The notes under the pieces: model-generated | Seen by the model: the letters and a program-made list of their open reading frames with translations, nothing else | The model's database searches: none | Told to the model about the DNA's origin: nothing | In this document: one piece after another, positions 59,223 to 64,000 of the stretch | How positions within the stretch are numbered: the first letter of the stretch is position 1 | How the letters are laid out: every line of letters begins with the position of its first letter | Assembly (NCBI GenBank): GCA_041661005.1 | Contig: JBAZVG010000001.1 | Coordinates: 735,515-799,514 of the forward strand | DNA from: Minisyncoccota bacterium | GTDB taxonomy: Bacteria; Patescibacteriota; Minisyncoccia; Phycocordibacterales; UBA9973 | Reading direction: 5' to 3' | DNA: 64,000 nucleotides | Made by a program: the position numbers and the translations under genes

Positions 59223-60353
59223 ATGATAGAGAAAGCTGTCAATAGAATAGATTGGCTCTTGGTTTTTTTTATGCTTCCAATAATCTCGGCAGGGCTAGTT
59301 ACGATGAAATCATTTGCTCCGCTCGAAGACTATGGCGAGTTTTTCAATAAACAGATCATCTGGATTTTGGTTGGTTTTTCAGTCTTTTTTATTTTTTCTT
59401 TCATGGATTTTCGTTTTTTGAAACGTACCGAAGTACTAGTGTTTATATTTCTTTTGAATTCGTTGATCCTGCTCGCACTCTTTGTTTTAGGAAATGTTTC
59501 TCATGGCGCAAAGAGCTGGTTTAGTTTCGGACTTTTTTCCTTTCAGCCGGTTGATATGATGAAGCTAGTCTTGGTTCTTATCTTGGCGAAATATTTTTCT
59601 CGTCGGCATGTGGAGATCGGAGACATAAAACATATTTTCATTTCCGGTTTTTATGCGTTTGTGCCTTTTATCTTGGTGTTATTCCAGCCGGATTTCGGTT
59701 CGGCGATGATTATATTTTTTATATGGCTTGGCATGGTGCTTGTTTCAGGGATTTCTAAAACGCATCTATTTACAGTGTTTGCGATTGGTCTTGTCGTTTT
59801 TGCATCGTTCTGGTTTTTAGTTTTTGCTCCATATCAGAAGGCTCGTATTGTTAATTTTATCCATCCACTCACTGACATACATGGAACAGGCTATAATGCA
59901 TTCCAATCCACCATTGCTGTAGGTTCTGGAGAAATTGTCGGTAAAGGTTTAGGATTTGGCACGCAGTCGCGGTTGAAGTTCTTGCCACAGCCTCAAGCTG
60001 ATTTCGTTTTTGCTGCGTATTCCGAAGAGTGGGGGTTCATAGGATCTTTCTTAATCTTGCTACTTTACTTAGCCATTATTTGGAGGATTCTCTATTCTGC
60101 CACTCTTGGAGCGTATAATTTTGAAATACTTTTTGGTATAGGCATTGCTATTTTGTTTATGAGTCATATACTCATAAATATCGGCATGAATTTAGGATTG
60201 ATGCCGGTGACTGGAATACCACTACCTTTCATGAGTTATGGCGGGTCACATCTTTTGTTTGAATTTGCGGGTTTAGGAATTTTAATGAGTATGAGGAAAT
60301 ATGCAAGATCAGTGCATCGAGATGACACAAAGAATGAATTTTTAGGAGTCTGA
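59223..60353 (+). CDS. SEDS-family peptidoglycan polymerase (RodA/FtsW)
   Basis: It has 10 TM helices and 'PDFGSAMI', plus the C-terminal 'GGSHLLFEFAGLGILMSM' pattern. Confidence 0.8.
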   Translation: MIEKAVNRIDWLLVFFMLPIISAGLVTMKSFAPLEDYGEFFNKQIIWILVGFSVFFIFSFMDFRFLKRTEVLVFIFLLNSLILLALFVLGNVSHGAKSWFSFGLFSFQPVDMMKLVLVLILAKYFSRRHVEIGDIKHIFISGFYAFVPFILVLFQPDFGSAMIIFFIWLGMVLVSGISKTHLFTVFAIGLVVFASFWFLVFAPYQKARIVNFIHPLTDIHGTGYNAFQSTIAVGSGEIVGKGLGFGTQSRLKFLPQPQADFVFAAYSEEWGFIGSFLILLLYLAIIWRILYSATLGAYNFEILFGIGIAILFMSHILINIGMNLGLMPVTGIPLPFMSYGGSHLLFEFAGLGILMSMRKYARSVHRDDTKNEFLGV

Positions 60354-60355
60354 AA

Positions 60356-60399
60356 ATACACAGGCGTTGCCTAGGTATCCTAGGCAACGCCTGTGTATA
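60356..60399. promoter_or_regulatory. perfect 20-bp inverted repeat (3-nt spacer) between rodA and folD
   Basis: The sequence is 'atacacaggcgttgcctagg tat cctaggcaacgcctgtgtat'. It is GC-rich in AT-rich surroundings. Confidence 0.6.
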
Positions 60400-60405
60400 A
60401 ACTTT

Positions 60406-61296
60406 ATGCAAATAATTGACGGAAAAAAATTACGAGTAAAAATTTTGGAAAAAGTAAAAAGTGAAGTAGCTTCACTTGCTTTTCAGCCAGTTTTTTGCGA
60501 TGTCTTGGTGGGTGGTGATCCGTCCTCGGCGCAGTATGTCAAAATGAAAGCTAAAACAGCAGAATCAGTTGGTATTAAGTTCCATAACGCGGATTTTCCC
60601 GAGTCTATAACTACTGACGAACTCATAAAAGAAATAAAGATTTTGAATAAAGTAAAAAATATGTGCGGAATTATAATCCAGCTTCCATTGCCGGAACATT
60701 TAGATAAAAGTAAAATACTGAACAGCATTGATTCGCATCTAGATGTAGATTGTTTAGGAGATGTTGCGAGCGAGAAATTTTACAATGACTATAATATTCA
60801 AACAGATCTAGGATATCCCACAGCTTTGGCTTGTATGGCGCTTCTTGATTCTATCGATTTGGATTTGGACCCCTCGACTCCGCTCGGGGCAGGCAAAAAA
60901 ATAGTAGTTCTGGGGCAGGGGATGTTGGTCGGTAAACCCGTTTCTGCTTTGTTGAAGTATAGAGGATTAAATCCGATCATTATTAGAAGTAAAACTCCTG
61001 ACAAAGAACAGCTCATCAAAGAAGCAGACATTATAATTTCAGGCATGGGTAGTGGAAAATATTTGACAGGCAATATGGTCAAGAAGGGCGTGGTTATTAT
61101 TGACGCTGGAACTTCTGAAGAAGTAAGTGGCTCACTCTCAGGACAGGGACGAGTAAACATAGTCGGTGATGTTGATTTGGAATCCGTGAAAGATGTTGCT
61201 GGGTATGTTTCACCCGTTCCGGGAGGTGTCGGACCAGTGACTGTCGCAATGCTTCTCAGTAATGTATTAAAAGTTGCAAAGAGTTTGAATAAATAA
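60406..61296 (+). CDS. folD: bifunctional methylenetetrahydrofolate dehydrogenase/cyclohydrolase
   Basis: 'IIDGKKLRVKILEKVK', 'VGGDPSSAQYVKMKAK' and 'GVGP.T.AML' are present. Confidence 0.8.
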   Translation: MQIIDGKKLRVKILEKVKSEVASLAFQPVFCDVLVGGDPSSAQYVKMKAKTAESVGIKFHNADFPESITTDELIKEIKILNKVKNMCGIIIQLPLPEHLDKSKILNSIDSHLDVDCLGDVASEKFYNDYNIQTDLGYPTALACMALLDSIDLDLDPSTPLGAGKKIVVLGQGMLVGKPVSALLKYRGLNPIIIRSKTPDKEQLIKEADIIISGMGSGKYLTGNMVKKGVVIIDAGTSEEVSGSLSGQGRVNIVGDVDLESVKDVAGYVSPVPGGVGPVTVAMLLSNVLKVAKSLNK

Positions 61297-61297
61297 C

Positions 61298-61834
61298 ATG
61301 AACGAAACAATTTTTTATTTTTTTTATAATTTAGCGCATCAGTCAGTTTGGCTGGATAAGTTTATTATTTTCACGGCTGTTTATTTTCCGTTCGCTGTGG
61401 TCTTTTTGGCAGGGATATTTATTATCATGCATCATGAAGTTTTTAGAAGCAGAGAGCCTTTTAAAGTTTTTATGCAGAAGAAGAAAGAAATACTTGAGGT
61501 ATTTTTGTCTGCTTTTTCGGCTTACTTTCTAGCTGTAATTTTAAAACTTTTAATTCATACCCCAAGACCATTTTTAGCGCTTACTAATGTTAAGGCACTT
61601 TTTCCTGAAACTGGTTTTGCTTTTCCATCAGGCCATGCTGCTTTTTTTGCGGCACTCAGTATTTCTATATTTTTTAGTCACAAAAAAGCTGGTTACTTAT
61701 TTATGTTTTTTGCGTTTTTGATAGGTCTTGCGCGCATCATGGCTGGTGTTCATTTTCCGATTGATATTTTAGGCGGGTTTATATTGGGTGCTTTAGTTTC
61801 TTATCTGGTTGCTTATTTTGTAAAAAAGATATAA
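61298..61834 (+). CDS. PAP2 family phosphatase (possible undecaprenyl-diphosphate phosphatase)
   Basis: PAP2 motifs 'KLLIHTPRP', 'PSGHA' and 'ARIMAGVHFPID' are present. It is a multi-TM protein. Confidence 0.65.
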   Translation: MNETIFYFFYNLAHQSVWLDKFIIFTAVYFPFAVVFLAGIFIIMHHEVFRSREPFKVFMQKKKEILEVFLSAFSAYFLAVILKLLIHTPRPFLALTNVKALFPETGFAFPSGHAAFFAALSISIFFSHKKAGYLFMFFAFLIGLARIMAGVHFPIDILGGFILGALVSYLVAYFVKKI

Positions 61835-61849
61835 TATACTCCTATCTTT

Positions 61850-63220
61850 ATGAAGAAGAGAATAATTTTGGCACTGATAATACTTATTTTAGGCTCCGGC
61901 GTAGCCTTTTTTGTTTTCAAAACCGAATCTAAATTGAATAAGAATTTTGAGACGCAGAGTTCATTTTTTAAGAAATTTCCTTTTCGCTTAGGTCTTGATT
62001 TGTCTGGAGGTACTCATTTGATATACAAAGCTGATGTTAGCGCGGTGGCCTCTGGTGAAATATCGAGTTCGATGGAAGCGCTTCGCGATGTCATAGAACG
62101 TAGGGTGAATCTTTTCGGAGTTTCCGAGCCGGTAATCCAAGTGCAACATGGTGGATTAATTTCCGGCAAAGATGAACAATTGATAGTTGATTTGCCGGGC
62201 GTGACTGATGTAAAGCAAGCGATAGAAATGATTGGTCAGACTCCAGTTTTGGAATTTAAAACTGAAGCTCCTGAAGATGCGCCCAAAACAGTGAAAGTTG
62301 GCAAAGATGGGAAAGTAGATCTGGGTAGTATAGACTTAGCACAGCAATTTATCGCGACAGAGCTGACAGGTAGATATTTAAAAAAGGCTACTTTGGAATT
62401 TAATCCAAATACTCGCGAGCCTATGGTAAATTTGCAGTTTGACGAAACAGGTACAAAACTTTTCGCGCAAATCACAAAAGACAATATAGGAAAAATGGTG
62501 GCTATATATTTGGATGGCGCGCCAGTATCCACTCCTAGAGTTAATGAAGAAATTCCGAACGGTCAAGCTGTGATTTCCGGCAATTTTACTCCTAATGAGG
62601 CAAAGCTTTTAGTGGGTAGATTGAATTCCGGCGCTCTTCCTGTGCCTATCACCCTTCTCTCCACACAAACCATCGGGGCTACTTTAGGGGAGTCGGCTGT
62701 CAATGCTGGAGTCAAGGCAGCCGTTATAGGATTCTTGCTAGTAGCTCTTTTCTTGATTCTTTGGTATCGCTTGCCTGGCCTCATAGCAACCCTTGCGCTT
62801 GTTTTCTACACCAGCATTCTTTTGGCCATTTTTAAACTTTTGCCTGTCACTTTGACGGCTGCTGGGATTGGCGGATTTATCATTTCACTCGGTATGGCAG
62901 TTGATGCAAATGTGCTTATTTTTGAAAGAATGAAGGAAGAAATAAGAAATGGACACAACATTTTCGAAGGCATTCATGCTGGTTTTGCTAGAGCTTGGCC
63001 TTCAGTTCGAGATTCGAATACTTCCAGCATCATCACTTCAATAATTTTATTTTGGCTAGGTACCCCGCTCATAAAAGGCTTCGCGCTCGCATTTGGCTTG
63101 GGTGTCTTGGTGTCAATGTTTTCCGCAATTACCGTTTCTCGCATTTTTCTTTACGCTCTCGGCATTGAAAGAAATAATTCATTTACGAAATTTCTTTTCG
63201 GCAGCGGTTTTTCTAAATGA
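61850..63220 (+). CDS. secD: protein translocase subunit SecD
   Basis: 'LGLDLSGGTHLIYKAD' and a C-terminal RND-like TM bundle 'LILWYRLPGLIATLALVFYTSILLAIFKLL' are present. Confidence 0.85.
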   Translation: MKKRIILALIILILGSGVAFFVFKTESKLNKNFETQSSFFKKFPFRLGLDLSGGTHLIYKADVSAVASGEISSSMEALRDVIERRVNLFGVSEPVIQVQHGGLISGKDEQLIVDLPGVTDVKQAIEMIGQTPVLEFKTEAPEDAPKTVKVGKDGKVDLGSIDLAQQFIATELTGRYLKKATLEFNPNTREPMVNLQFDETGTKLFAQITKDNIGKMVAIYLDGAPVSTPRVNEEIPNGQAVISGNFTPNEAKLLVGRLNSGALPVPITLLSTQTIGATLGESAVNAGVKAAVIGFLLVALFLILWYRLPGLIATLALVFYTSILLAIFKLLPVTLTAAGIGGFIISLGMAVDANVLIFERMKEEIRNGHNIFEGIHAGFARAWPSVRDSNTSSIITSIILFWLGTPLIKGFALAFGLGVLVSMFSAITVSRIFLYALGIERNNSFTKFLFGSGFSK

Positions 63221-63258
63221 TTTTTGATTTTATAAACTTTATAACTTTTAACTAAATT

Positions 63259-64000
63259 ATGTTTATTGTAAAATACAAAAAAATATTTCTTTATCTCTCG
63301 ACTGCTCTGGTTGTTATTTCTGTTATTTTTATTTTTACTTTTGGTCTTAAACCCGGTATTGATTTCAAAGGAGGCGCTTTACTTGAAGTTTCTTATTCTG
63401 GTGGCCGTCCGGAAATATTAATGATTCAGGGGAGCATTGAGACGCTTGATATGGGTCAAGCTCTTGTCCAGCCGACTGGAGAAAATGATTACATAATTAA
63501 AACTCGCGATTTGAGCCAATCAGAACACGAAACACTTTTTGATTCTTTGTCACTTGGGGGCAAATATCCCGTTTCAGAAAAGAGTTTCAATTCGATTGGT
63601 CCATCTGTCGGAAGTGAACTTGCGCGAAAGGCTATTGTTTCTATAGTTGTGGTCATACTGGCTATCATCCTTTTTATAACTTATGCTTTTCGCAAAGTCT
63701 CTCAACCGGTGGCGTCTTGGAAATATGGAGTTATTACCGTCGTGACTCTTCTTCACGACATTATTATTCCGACGGGAATTTTTGCACTGATGGCTCATTA
63801 TACCGGCGCAGAAGTTGACACGCTTTTCGTTTTAGCGCTTCTGACCATTTTAGGCTTATCAGTTCATGATAAGATTGTGGTTTTCGATAGAATCCGAGAA
63901 AATCTAAGAGAAGGAGATAAGAAAAGTTTTGAAGAAACAGTCGGCATGAGCACCAGCCAGACCATTGTCCGCTCAATCAATATCACTCTCACCATTATTT
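63259..64000 (+). CDS. secF: protein translocase subunit SecF (3' truncated by window end)
   Basis: 'KPGIDFKGGALLEVSYSGGRPE' matches the SecF N-terminus. There is no stop before the window end, and the ORF track omits it for that reason. Confidence 0.75.
   Translation, partial: MFIVKYKKIFLYLSTALVVISVIFIFTFGLKPGIDFKGGALLEVSYSGGRPEILMIQGSIETLDMGQALVQPTGENDYIIKTRDLSQSEHETLFDSLSLGGKYPVSEKSFNSIGPSVGSELARKAIVSIVVVILAIILFITYAFRKVSQPVASWKYGVITVVTLLHDIIIPTGIFALMAHYTGAEVDTLFVLALLTILGLSVHDKIVVFDRIRENLREGDKKSFEETVGMSTSQTIVRSINITLTII

Overview
This is a low-GC, gene-dense bacterial window. Its character suggests a CPR/Patescibacteria-type genome, which is an inference. The evidence is a 23S and 5S rRNA pair with no 16S gene, two 23S introns (one carrying a LAGLIDADG homing endonuclease), compact tRNA synthetases, and several TTG/GTG starts. 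Positions 1 to 19 kb are housekeeping genes: ileS, an MBL-fold hydrolase, a RecO-like gene, glyQS, a symporter, a NUDIX hydrolase, an M16 peptidase, metG, tatD, rpsF-ssb-rpsR, efp and recA. Positions 19 to 23.5 kb are an irregular region. Here ftsK plus a small ORF sit between ~115-bp inverted repeats that duplicate the recA leader and first codons. Two short structured repeat families also occur there, each in three copies across the window; one copy lies in-frame inside a CDS. Positions 23.5 to 45.9 kb are a large cell-surface glycan island. It holds a PG-binding surface protein, two O-antigen-ligase-like proteins, a frameshifted galE, a GDP-mannose 3,5-epimerase and an rfbF-initiated NDP-sugar pathway. 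That pathway has a sugar C-methyltransferase, a 3,5-epimerase, a reductase, a carbamoyltransferase, an acetyltransferase and a TylF-type O-methyltransferase, which together look like a noviose-like decorated deoxyhexose. The island also carries a flippase, GT2, GT4, a Wzy-like/GT26 fusion and the priming sugar transferase. The SAM-cycle genes ahcY and metK follow directly; metK sits behind a candidate SAM-I riboswitch, and a dinJ/yafQ toxin-antitoxin pair lies between them. The rest of the window holds the 23S rRNA with its two introns, an ITS element with 19-bp perfect terminal inverted repeats, the 5S rRNA, an NYN-domain protein, rodA/ftsW, folD, a PAP2 phosphatase, secD and partial secF.
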